A stretch of 58,512 nucleotides of DNA, the filler included, from Ionaspis alba (Eukaryota): assembly GCA_964255285.1 (NCBI GenBank). It is 7 parts of 7 records of this genome, joined end to end, with 100 filler letters (N's around TTAATTAATTAA, not from the genome) between each part and the next. Parts side by side here need not be neighbours in the genome. Positions count along the whole stretch, not along the records: positions 33,565 to 41,828 come from CAXUUL010000761.1; positions 41,929 to 50,192 come from CAXUUL010000762.1; 5 more parts are not named here. One strand, given 5' to 3'. Within the stretch, counting starts at the first letter, position 1; every line of letters begins with the position of its first letter. The translations under genes and the position numbers were made by a program. The notes beneath the pieces were generated by a model. The model had not been told where the DNA came from. It was given only the letters and a program-made list of their open reading frames with translations, and searched no databases. Below, piece after piece: positions 35,184-47,327 of this stretch.

Positions 35184-37772
35184 ATGAGCTCTGGCGGAGA
35201 TGCAAAGCTCTTTGCGCGAGTACGTCCACATCCAATCCACTTCTCCAAGGCCTTGCGCCTATCCTAAAAAACACACACTCGCTCCTTTTGATGTCGTCGA
35301 GCTTCTGCGGAAATATACGGATGCCGCCAGTCGACGTCTTCCTGCGATGGACGATAGAACCATGTACCATAGCCGTTTTGATCTATGAAGAACGCTCTTC
35401 AGAGTTTACACAATGTTTCTGCCCTTCGCACCTGTTCTTTCTAGTTCTTCAACCCCAGGAAGCTCACAATGGTTCAAAAATTCACAGGGCAAAGTCGCCG
35501 AGCTGCGCGTCGAGCTCAACAGCGGAGGAAAGAAGGACAAGAACAATTCGGCGAAGAAGATTGCTCTGAAGAAGATTGTGGCAAATATGACTATGAGCAA
35601 CAATGATATGGTGGCATTGTTCCCGGATATCATCAACTGCATGCAGATTCCCAGCTTGGAGATCAAGAAAATGTCCGTTCCTCCATGTGTACCTACCTCT
35701 ATGTGCCCGAGACTGATGTCTATAGGTGTTTTCTGTTTTTGGTCAACTACGCACGGATGAAGCCTGATGTTGCGCTCAAAGCTTTGCCAATCCTTCAGAC
35801 GGTATTGCTATACCATTCTTCGTTGCAGATATGATGCCATAGTAATGTTATAGGTAGGATATGGAAGATTCCAATCCACTGGTCCGGGCTCTTGCCCTTC
35901 GAACAATGTCTTATATCCACGTACGAGAATTTGTCGAGGCTACGGTTCCTCCACTCAAACGATTAGTAAAGGATCCGGATCCATACGTGCGAAAGACTGC
36001 TGCATTCTGCGTTGCCAAGCTCTACGACCATGACCGACATTTAGTCGAAGCATCAGATCTTATAGACAGGTTGAACGCCATGCTTCGCGATGACAATCCG
36101 ACGGTTGTGGCCAGCGCACTGGCAGCCTTGATGGACATCTGGGAGCGAAGTGAGACCATCAAACTCACCATCGACTACGCTAGTGCATCAAAGATTGTGC
36201 AGATTCTTGCAGATTGCTCAGAGTAGGACTCTCCGAGCTCAATGATACATTTTTGCAATCCAGCTGATAATATTTCAGATGGGGCCAAACTTACATACTA
36301 GAGGCCCTCATGTCTTATGTTCCACAAGACACGTCGGAAGCATTGCTCTTGGCAGAACGAATATCTCCACGCCTCTCACACTCCAACTCTGCAGTGGTCC
36401 TGACCTGCATTCGAGTTGTCCTCTACCTTTTGAACTACATTGCCGATGACCAAGCCATCTCCTCGCTCTGCCGCAAGCTTTCTCCGCCTCTTGTCACTCT
36501 GCTCGCCAAAGGCCCAGAAGTACAATATCTCGCACTGCGAAATGCTCTTCTAATCCTTCAGAGAAGACCAGATGTTCTTCGAAACGATATTCGAGTATTT
36601 TTTTGCAAATACAACGATCCTATATACGTGAAAGTGACGAAGCTCGAACTTATTTTTATGCTAGCGACAGAACAAAATATCCGAGAGGTCTTGACAGAGC
36701 TGAAAGAGTATGTCGCTCTGCCGCAATGCTCTTGAAGTAGTACTAAATTCATTATAGATATGCCACGGAGATTGATGTCCATTTCGTACGAAAGTCAGTG
36801 AGAGCCATTGGAAAATTAGCTATCAAAATCGAGCCATCAGCCGAAGACTGCATTGCTTGCCTTTTGGAACTAGTTGCCACAAAAGTCTCATATATCGTGC
36901 AAGAAGCGACGGTAGTGATCCGCAATATATTCCGAAAATACCCCAATCGCTACGAATCCATTATCTCCACCCTCTGCGAGAATCTTGACTCGCTAGACGA
37001 ACCCGAGGCTAAAGCTGCCATGATCTGGGTTATCGGTCAATATGCCGACAGAATCGACAATTCCGACGTACTACTGGACGACTTCCTTTATTCCTTTGCT
37101 GACGAACCGGTAGAAGTACAGCTGGCTCTCCTGACTGCTACTGTTAAGCTCTTCATCCAACGACCGACGAAGGGCCAAGATCTTGTTCCCAAGGTCTTGA
37201 AGTGGGCGACAGAAGAAACTGACAATCCTGACCTGCGAGACCGAGGATATATGTACTGGCGGCTTCTGTCTTCTGATCCAGCAACCGCGAAGAAAATAGT
37301 GATGGGTGAGAAGCCTGCCATCACTGCCGAATCGGAGAAGCTGGATCCGGCGACCTTAGAAGAGATGTGTCTCAACGTCGGCACATTGGCGACAGTCTAC
37401 CTTAAACCAGTGCAGCAGGTTTTCCGCTCTGCTAGGACAAGAAGATTGATAGACAGTCCAGCACTACAGAAGCATAAGCTGCCCTACTACAAAGCCCCAT
37501 CGAAACCGAACGGTACTACACCGATAACTAATGGGAACGCCACTGAGAAAGGCAAAGGTAACCTGGCTGCAGCAGTAAATGCAGCAGATCTCTATTTCGC
37601 AAGCTTGGGAAGCCAACAAATAGCAGCCATGAACATCAAAGACGATGGGCTCGGAGATAGTCCGGTCGGAGGTACTGCCGGGAATAGGCAATATGTGGTC
37701 AGCCAGAGTCATCCGGACCAGGTGTATCAACCACAGGTTGGTAGTGGAAATGGCGATCTCCTCGAGTTGTAA
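35184..37772 (+). CDS. APL1: AP-2 adaptor complex beta subunit (no C-terminal appendage)
   Basis: Exon 1 [12 protein letters not shown], 268-nt intron 35220-35487, then [19 protein letters not shown]. Adaptin-N motifs [11 protein letters not shown] and [16 protein letters not shown]. Short tail as in filamentous fungal AP-2 beta. Confidence 0.9.
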
Positions 37773-38234
37773 TGGAGCTCGCGGAGCATCCGAATAGGCA
37801 TCATGTGACTGGGACAAAAAGGTTTACCCAATGTACATAATGACAGATGAAAAGAAGACCAAATGTTTATATCTATTTGCGCTTCACAAGTAAAACCAAC
37901 ACTTCGCGGCAAGTAATAAGCCTGAGATTCAAGCTCCGTGCAGGGGAGGATCATGTAGGGCTGTCGGATTCTCAGCCGATTACGCACTATCGGCGGCGCT
38001 AAATCTGCTAGCTTTGTTTACTTTCCTCGCTTCTCGAGCAAGCTCGTAAGCATCAAAACACTCCTATTGCAAAGCAGTATCCCGAGCTCCAGTACTTTCA
38101 TTTCTCGTCGTCGCAGTGCTTACAATCTACTATTCCTTGCTGTGTTGACCGGCAATCGCTATTCATGGCCCAGTGAGCCCACATTCCTCGCCAACGCAGA
38201 TCAATTGCATTTTTCCTCGTGCATCTAGCACAAG

Positions 38235-41200
38235 ATGGATCGGCCCTCGACTCCCTCGAATGCGCCTCCTGGATACTCTGGAGGTCCTCCTTCTTACGAT
38301 GATGCGCCCAATGAGAACACTCCGACAAACATGCCCAACAATGGGTCTACAATGCGCCTGTTGACCACATTGGACAACAATGAGCAGCGTCCGTATGTTT
38401 CCTTTCCTAATCTACTTTCGGAAGCATACAAGAGTCCGAAACGTAAAAAAGTCAAGAAACAAACAGATCAAAATAGCTCCATTTCGTTGGAAAGCAGGAA
38501 AGATGTGAATCAAGATCCATTGGAAATTGCCTCTTCACGTTGGTCCACTGTTGCACATGTTGGCAGCAAAGACGAATTTCCTAGACGTCGTCTTACAGCA
38601 CGCGTTACTTTCAAGAAACAAAGCTTACCATCTAGGAACTCTAGACCAATCTCTCCACAAAGATCCTATCATCCTTCAACCACATCCCTACCACGATCAA
38701 GATCGCCGTCGGTGCTCGACAATGCGCCGGTCATCCCACCTCCAGCAGAAGCACCTCCATATGTGCCATACTCTCCAGGAAGAACGTCTCCTACAAGGTC
38801 ATGGTCACCTTCGCGAACTTCTTCCGACTCATCCAGACGTCATCCTTCACACATACCATACGAGCCAGCAGATCTAAATGGTAGTCCTCGACCAGGCACC
38901 CCATCATCNNNNNNNNNNNNNNNNNNNNNNNNNNNNNNNNNNNNNNNNNNNNNNNNNNNNNNNNNNNNNNNNNNNNNNNNNNNNNNNNNNNNNNNNNNNN
39001 NNNNNNNNTACCATACGAGCCAGCAGATCTAAATGGTAGTCCTCGACCAGGCACCCCATCATCCAAATATGGAGGAAGTCCGAAAAGGCCATTGCCTCCA
39101 GCCCCTTTATTTTCTGGAGCTCAAGCAGCTGGCTCTTCCGCTGTAGATACCGCAGACGCTACCACAATCCCTATCGATGACGGGGACGACGTTTTCGCAC
39201 CTGCGAACCCAAATCCACGGGCAAGTCTCAGATCTTACGAGTCTTATCAATCAGAGTCTACCTTCACCGATGACCTGTATGCAAAGGACGAGCACTATGG
39301 TCCAGCACCAACAGGCGCACAAGGACGAAGAGGTGCAAGACATGCACAGATGGCAAAGAAGGAGGTTCGACTTATCAATGGAGAACTAATCTTAGAGTGT
39401 AAGATCCCCACAATCCTACACAGCTTCTTGCCTAGGCGGGATGATACCGAATTCACGCATATGCGGTACACCGCCGTGACCTGCGATCCGGACGACTTCG
39501 TTCTGAACGGCTACAAGCTCCGCCAGAATATTGGCAGCACTTCTAGAGAGACAGAGCTGTTCATTTGCGTAACCATGTACAACGAGAACGAAATCGATTT
39601 CACGAGAACCATGCACGGCGTGATGAGAAACATTTCACACTTTTGCTCACGCTCAAAGTCAAGGACCTGGGGAAAGGATGGCTGGCAAAAGATCGTCGTC
39701 TGCATAGTTTCAGACGGCCGACAGAAAATTCATCCTCGAACACTTGATGCGCTAGCGGCAATGGGCGTCTACCAAGATGGTATAGCCAAAAACTTGGTCA
39801 ACCAGAGAGAAGTCACAGCCCATGTCTATGAATACACGACTCAAGTCTCGCTTGATGCCGACCTCAAATTCAAGGGAGCGGAGAAGGGAATTGTCCCTTG
39901 TCAGATGATTTTCTGTCTCAAGGAGAAGAACCAGAAGAAACTCAACTCGCATCGGTGGTTCTTCAATGCTTTCGGCAAAGCTCTCAGCCCCAATGTGTGT
40001 ATCTTGCTTGACGTCGGAACGAAGCCAGGACCCACTTCCCTGTACCATCTGTGGAAGGCTTTCGATACCGATTCCAATGTCGCGGGAGCTTGTGGTGAAA
40101 TCAAAGCCGGCAAAGGTAAGGGCTGGCTGGGACTCCTCAACCCGTTGGTGGCATCACAGAACTTCGAGTACAAGATGTCCAATATCTTGGACAAACCTTT
40201 GGAATCGGTCTTTGGCTATATTACGGTCCTACCTGGTGCACTGAGTGCATACAGGTACTATGCCCTGCAAAACGACACTACTGGCCACGGACCATTGAGT
40301 CAATACTTCAAAGGGGAGACACTTCACGGCCAAGAGGCGGATGTGTTCACGGCGAACATGTACCTAGCTGAAGACAGGATCCTGTGTTGGGAATTGGTTG
40401 CCAAACGAGATGAGCGGTGGGTGCTGAAATACGTCAAGAGTGCTACAGGAGAGACAGATGTTCCAGGTAAATAGTGGTTCGGTACATGGCTGTGAGTATC
40501 GCTGCTGACTGGCATTTACCAGATGCTGTACCTGAATTTGTTTCCCAGAGACGAAGATGGCTCAATGGAGCTTTCTTTGCCGCTGTATACTCCCTCGTTC
40601 ATTTCAAACAGATATGGACGACAGATCACACGATTGCACGAAAAGTTTTGCTTCACATAGAATTTGTCTATCAGTTCGTCAGCTTGTTGTTCACATACTT
40701 CTCTCTCGTAAGTAACCCCAGCCGATGATTCGGGTCCCGTGGCTGATGCAGTACAGGCCAATTTCTACCTTACCTTCTACTTCATCGCCGGATCCCTAGC
40801 AGATGAGAAACTTGATCCGTTCGGTCATCGCATCGGACTTTACATATTTGTCATCCTCAGATACGCCACCACGCTCCTAATATGTACACAATTCATCTTG
40901 TCCATGGGCAATCGTCCCCAGGGGTAAGCTCTCGTTTGTGCTCCTTTCGTCTCATATCTAATGTATTCTACTCTAGAGCAAAAAGAATGTTCTTGTCCAG
41001 CATGGTAGTCTACTCCGTTGTCATGGGCTACACCACCTTCTGCGCCCTCTACATCGTCATCACCCAACTCAAATCTCCCCTGACTTCTTTCGCGCTTGGC
41101 AACAATATCTTCACCAACCTCATCGTCTCCACCGGCTCCACCGTCGGCCTCTACTTCCTCATGTCCTTTCTCTACCTCGACCCCTGGCACATGTTCACCT

Positions 41201-41828
41201 CCGCAGCGCAGTACTTTGCCCTTCTCCCCTCCTACATCTGCACTCTCCAGGTCTACGCCTTCTGCAACACCCACGACGTCACCTGGGGCACCAAAGGCGA
41301 CAACGTCATCCACACGGACTTGGGCGCTGCGATCAGCGGCAAGGGCAATACCGTCGAGCTGGAGATGCCCAGCGAGCAACTCGACATCGACTCAGGCTAC
41401 GACGAAGCTCTGCGCAACCTCCGCGACAGACTCGAAGTCGTCATGCCTGGGGTGAGCGAAGCACAGCAGCAAGAAGACTACTACCGCGCTGTGCGAACCT
41501 ACATGGTGGTTGCGTGGATGGTCGCCAATGCTATCTTAGCCATGGCCGTCAGCGAAGCATACAATAGCACCACCGTCAGCGACAACTTTTATCTCAAATT
41601 TATCCTGTGGAGCGTGGCTGGGGTTGCGTTTTTCAGAGCTCTAGGCAGCAGCGCGTTTGGAATCATCAATATTGTGCATATGATCGCGGAGGGGAGGATG
41701 AAGATGAGTTTGAGGAATGTCAAGGTGCCGGATTGGGTTAGTGATTCAGGGAGTAGGGTTAGTAGTAAGTTTAGTTGGATTAGTGGGAGTAGCTTTGGGA
41801 GTAGTTTAGGGACGAGTCGAAAATCGGG
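38235..41828 (+). CDS. Chitin synthase, class II-like; stop codon lies beyond the scaffold end
   Basis: [62 protein letters not shown]. Internal false gap at 38909-39008. Confidence 0.93.
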
Positions 41829-41928
41829 NNNNNNNNNNNNNNNNNNNNNNNNNNNNNNNNNNNNNNNNNNNNTTAATTAATTAANNNNNNNNNNNNNNNN
41901 NNNNNNNNNNNNNNNNNNNNNNNNNNNN

Positions 41929-42981
41929 CAAAAGCAAAGCGCAACTCAAAGAAAACCATCCAATCGCAACCCGCACTACCCAGCGGCCTCCTCGACGGTG
42001 CCGTCCCCCCCATCAACGTCCTCATAGTCGAAGACAACATCATCAACCTCAAGCTCCTCGAAGCCTTCATGAAGCGGCTTAAAGTCCGCTGGCACACCGC
42101 CATGAACGGGCGGGAAGCGGTCAATAAATGGCGGGGCGGAGGGTTCCATCTCGTGCTTATGGACATCCAATTACCCGTTATGAACGGGCTGGAAGCGACG
42201 AAGGAGATCCGGCGATTGGAGCACGTGAATGGGGTTGGTGTGTTGGCGGCTAGTGTGTCTGGCAGGAGCAGTGCAGCGGGACGGGGCAGCGAGTGTGGGG
42301 AGGAAGAGGAGGAGAAGAAGCGAGAGGTGGAGGGCGAGGATCGGTTGATGAATACGGCGCTTTTTAAGAGTCCCGTTATTATTGTCGCGTTGACGGCCAG
42401 CTCGTTGCAGAGTGATCGGCATGAGGCTTTGGCGGCGGGGTGTAATGATTTTTTGACAAAGGTATGTTCTATAATCATCGTCCTACCTTGATCCATTCAC
42501 CCAGGGACTCCCTCTTGTGGACCACATCGGTCAGCCACATGCTGATATCTTGGGTGGATAGCCGGTCAACTTCGTCTGGCTCGAACGCAAAGTCATGGAA
42601 TGGGGCTGCATGCAAGCCCTCATCGACTTCGACGGCTGGCGCAAATGGAAAGATTTCTCCCAGTCGAAAACCCCAGCACCCGCTTCGCAGCCCGTCGCTC
42701 CCCTTTTACTCAATACCGATTCCGGCTCCACCATCCACAGCGTCAATAGCGTTGATTCTCCCAAGACGAATGGCAATGGAAGGAGTTTTGGACGGGGCGA
42801 GGGTGTGGGTACCACCATCGCTGGGGGAAGAGGTGACGGTGGGACGAATGCCAGAGAGATTGGGAATGGAGGGATGGTGGGGAGGACGGGGAGGAAGGCG
42901 AAGAGGAGTTCGTTGGGGGCGGGGACGAAGGCGTTGAGTGGGGTGTTGGAGGATAGTGGGGAAGGGGTTGTTGTTTCTTGA
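41929..42981 (+). CDS. SSK1: Response regulator Ssk1 (HOG pathway), 3' portion
   Basis: PPINVLIVEDNIINLKLL, LVLMDIQLPVMNG, GCNDFLTKP, EWGCMQALIDFDGWRKWK. Intron 42462-42561. Confidence 0.93.
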
Positions 42982-43648
42982 GGTGAAGTAGATGGAGAGG
43001 TGTCCGCAGAGGAGGGGTGGCTACTTGAGTACGGAGAAAGGAGACGATCAAGGAAAGGGAGGATGATATGGATAGAGTGGTGGATATACCCGTGTGAGGA
43101 GGGGCTTTGTCGAGGCTGAATGCGATTGGTTTAGGGGGAGGGGGAGCAGGAATAGCATCCTTCTAGCCAAAAATGAAAATTGCAGCATTTTCAGGCCATG
43201 TGACCACGAGAAGTAACACGACGCGAACTCTTCATCGAACGCGTCCGGTGAGAACTGAAACTCTCCTACAATCTCATGAGAACAACGTAACGAGAGTCTA
43301 GAGTGGGAGAAACCGCTATGTCGAGAGACCGTCCTTACAGACTACAATAAATGTGGGGCAGAGCCGCGCTCCCGAGCTGCCCGCCTTTGTTCGATTTGCC
43401 GAGATAACGACGGGTCTTTCCTACTCTTGAACATGCGGAGACTCTCCAACACTGAAAGTGACAACCAGGTTGAGCTATCTTGGCCAAGTTTTGTTCTGTA
43501 GTGAGGTTGAATGGGCTTCGGCGAATAATTGGCTCTCAACGATTTAATGTTAGCCGCCCACAACAGTTTCGCAACCTCCGCAAAACCCATCGTCTTTACC
43601 GCCTGAACTATAGAAAGATGCCGAATCCCCATCCCCCTACCAATCAAT

Positions 43649-45592
43649 ATGGAAGTTCGCGATACAGAACAAGAGACAGGCTCAGCACATAGAGACCGCT
43701 ATTCAAGACCCGCCAAGCAGATCGGACCAGATCAGCCAAATCGTGAGAGCACTCTCTATCTTTTCGGGGTCCTCTTTTTGTTGACCGTATGTAGATAAAC
43801 GAGGTCGAGACCCTGAAAACGAGAAACCAATACGCAAGAGTCCAAGACTACAGGAGAATCGTTAGTACTTATATCCCCTTGTCATGACTCTTACTAACCA
43901 TCTGTAGCCAATATAGGACGCCGAAACGACGAAAACAAATTCCAACGTCAACCTCCACGCAAAAGTCCTCGACTACAGGAGATTCGGGACTCGAATCAAC
44001 AGCGAATCAAGCAGAAAGAGGAACGAGCGAGGTCGCAACCCAGGATAATCAGAACACAACGCTCCTTCGGGCAAAAACGAACTCGTGCTGAACAGAGGAT
44101 TCTAAAAAAACCCAAGAGTTAGTTAACCCACAGGCGAAGACATCCCTTCACCGTTGTTGCACCATGCTAATCCACAAGCTATACTTTAGGCCAAAACGTG
44201 ACTGCCCTGACAAGCGATACTCCTGTTTACGGAAGCCCTATTTCTACACGCAAAAGGCACCTGGATCAGGAAGACATCGTTGAAACGCAAGCCAAGCGAC
44301 AAAAACCACAAAGAAACCAAACTCAACGATCGCGAGTTCTTAATACGCCTCCCGCTACACTTACCTCAAAACACTTAAAGCACCTTGACCGTCAAATCCA
44401 ATCGCAACATCTACCATCCACGGAGTGGGAGTTCATGAACATGCCAAGATCTCGGACTACTGGGACGCAATCGCGACGGACCAAAGGTACCTCCACAAGC
44501 ACCAAAAGCGTCTCGGCCAGCGACCCTAGGTTTCCAGAAATTGCAATAAACAATGGGATCCTGGCGCCAATGGATTCCACTAATCCCAGCAACTTCGACG
44601 AAATTTTCGGGTACCTGAATCGGCCCCGTGAATCTGCCTCGCCGGAACTTGATGAGTACAAGCAATATTTGTTTGATACAGCAACAGCAGAGAATGAAGA
44701 CAGTGTGATGCAACCAGTCATTGGGCTTCTGAAGAAGTATAATGATGGGAGCTATCGTTCTGCCTACAATCAACAATTCATTGAGTATCCTGATAACGTT
44801 GGATTTAACAATGGCCTATCTGCACCAAAACCTGACCTAGTTCAAGGCATCAACCTCCAGGACTTCAAGCCGTATCCCGCCAGGGAAAAACTAGGTGGAT
44901 CTGCTGTTCCGACTCCAAGCAAGTATGCAATTACCCTCGCACACATGGCTGGAGAATTCAAGAAACCAGGCGGGAACTTGATCCAAGCACAAGAGCAGGC
45001 AGCTTACGATGCAGCGAGCCTCGTCTATGGTCGGAATAGAGCTCTCGCATCAATGGGTAAAGCAGATACACTAGCCACTGCTCACGTCGGCACCTTCATC
45101 TCAGATGGTACACACATAATCACGAGTGCGCACTTTGCGACAACGGGCGCTTCAGGGGAAACAGTTTATCAACAAAAGCCCACTACTGATACAAATATGA
45201 ACATAAACTTCGAAAGTTTTAAGACCGGCCGTCAACGATTACGAAACCTTCAAGACTTGACACGAAAAAACTCTCACTTGCTCAAGAAGGAACTATCGGA
45301 CCACTACAAGCTTTCACAAGCTCAAAGCAGTGAACAGCCAATCTCAGGGGTGAATGGGTATTCTGAACACGAGAATGGCTGTAGTAGCGTTGGCGGCTCG
45401 ATTGAGGTTGGCAGTGAGTCCTACGTGCTCGTCAATGAGCACACACAACCCCAATCTCTCCACGTCTTGGAAGAAGACGCCTTCTATATCGTCCCCCAGT
45501 CTTCTGCTATGCCAAAGAGGCTTCCCAAACAGCGTGTTACGAGATCTTCTGCAAGACTTTTAAAACGTGGGCTTCAGAAAGACGACGACTAG
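43649..45592 (+). CDS. Orphan protein: basic RKSPRL-repeat N-terminus + PD-(D/E)XK nuclease-like domain
   Basis: Four exons join in frame (introns 43743-43794, 43861-43907, 44118-44189). Core NNGLSAPKPDLVQG..AGEFKK..QAAYDAA..TFISDG. Confidence 0.65.
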
Positions 45593-47327
45593 AGCTGGGA
45601 CCCAAACTCCAATTTAAAGAATCCTTAGAAGTCAGAAATGTCTACGATATACCAGGACTCTGAACGAGTGCAGCGCTAAGGGTGTTGCTCCCTACTTTCT
45701 GACTCTTCATGGGCTGAAGGCTTATCGTCTAGGATGGACGTCGTGGTGGTAAGTGGCTTCTTGTTGGGTCCTATATTCAGCGTCTTCACTTCGGCTTGAT
45801 GGCCTCTTTGTTAAAGATGCGGCCCGATTTTGATACCTCGCTTTCTCATGGTGCCTGTTCCGGATCCCATCGCATTTATTCGAGTTCTAACGGTGCTTAT
45901 TGAAGTGCCTGTTTGCGGTCTTACAGCACTTATTTGGAATTATACGGTGGATTTTCCGGTGTAAATTCGGACGAGTATAGGAATCCTGGAGGCAAGACGT
46001 GTTTGAGAGGTCGATGGACCGAGGGCTTACCAGGGTGGAGGAAGATTGAGTGACAAAGGACGTTCTGAGGTGTTGGGGCTGTAGTTTCAGACATTTTTGA
46101 TTACAACACTTAACTACCTGGTCTGTATGGAAGGGAAAGCATACAGCAAATCTAATGATCGGGCTCATTTACGACTCGCGCCAGAAGTTTTAGGCCCTCA
46201 AGGCCAAAGTGGTTCTACAATTTGCATTGTATGTTCCGCGGTGAGGAGGGTAGCTCGTCAACGCAAAGTTGCTACCTCGCAGATATTCTGCGGTGAAAGG
46301 TGGCCTTCACAATAAAGCACTCAGGTACCTACCATCTGAGTTTGACCCGCCCATGTCCTTTCCACCAACTCTAAATTGAAGCGGCATATTGCGAACACTT
46401 TGCATGCTGCCTTCAAATCCTAGCCAATCGCACCTGGCTCTCTTCAGGATTTGGCTGGGGAGTTTCCAGAAGAACAGTGCATCACGGAACGCTAGGAATG
46501 TAAGAGGAAGGCAGATGGTGTCAAGTGCAGAGGTAGAATCAGCGAACATTAAGGCGAGAGGATGTATAGTGAGGTCAAGGGACATTGATATGGGGGACGG
46601 CGTCGATGCCAGAGCGAGTGGCGCTGGGAAAATATGGGCTCTAAGCTGGTCAAAAGTATGATGGCAGGATTCCGATATAGAACGATCGATTCGGCTAGAT
46701 GGTTTGGTCAATGCGTAGCCAAGCCCAATACATCTAAACGCACGATTTTCAAAGCAAAATCTCGGATCAAAGAAAAGATGTAATAGAAATATGTATCTTT
46801 CCTCGAATCGTCACTATATACTTGCGTCTACCGCCTCTCCTTGCCAAGCATCATATGCACAGGACACACCAACACCATATACACACGCACACTCCAAAGC
46901 ATGTAGGATGATCACATACACACTGAACGAACGAAAAAGTCCTCCTCTTGAACCATCTAGCCCAGTTCTCTTCACCAACCCTTTCCCACACAAGAAACAC
47001 GCAGCAGGAAACACTATCTCGAAACGAATGATGCAGGAGAAGAATCCGCCCAGCGCAGATGCAGAGGAAGCAGTCAATATGTCCAAGAACCCAGAAACCA
47101 AAAGGAGACTCGATATCGTAGTATGCACGGACCGATCAAAGCAGCGCAAGTCAAAGCCTTCGTTTATACAGCTCAAGAGGCGAAACAAGCAAGCAAGAGC
47201 CAGTCCCGCAGCAGCAGCAGCAGCGACAGTCTAAGAACTCATCTTCTTCTTGGTAGAGAACACACACTCACACTCAACCTCCTCTTCCCATCAACGTCAC
47301 CCCATCTCATGGCCAGCTCGCACCATC

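Noticed and set aside
38854..39063. 55-bp direct repeat flanking the N gap in chitin synthase
   Set aside because: Identical sequence on both sides of a 100-N gap is an unmerged contig overlap; collapsing it restores the reading frame.
38235..42981. Apparent chitin synthase-SSK1 adjacency or fusion
   Set aside because: Spans an artificial linker; the two genes are on different scaffolds.
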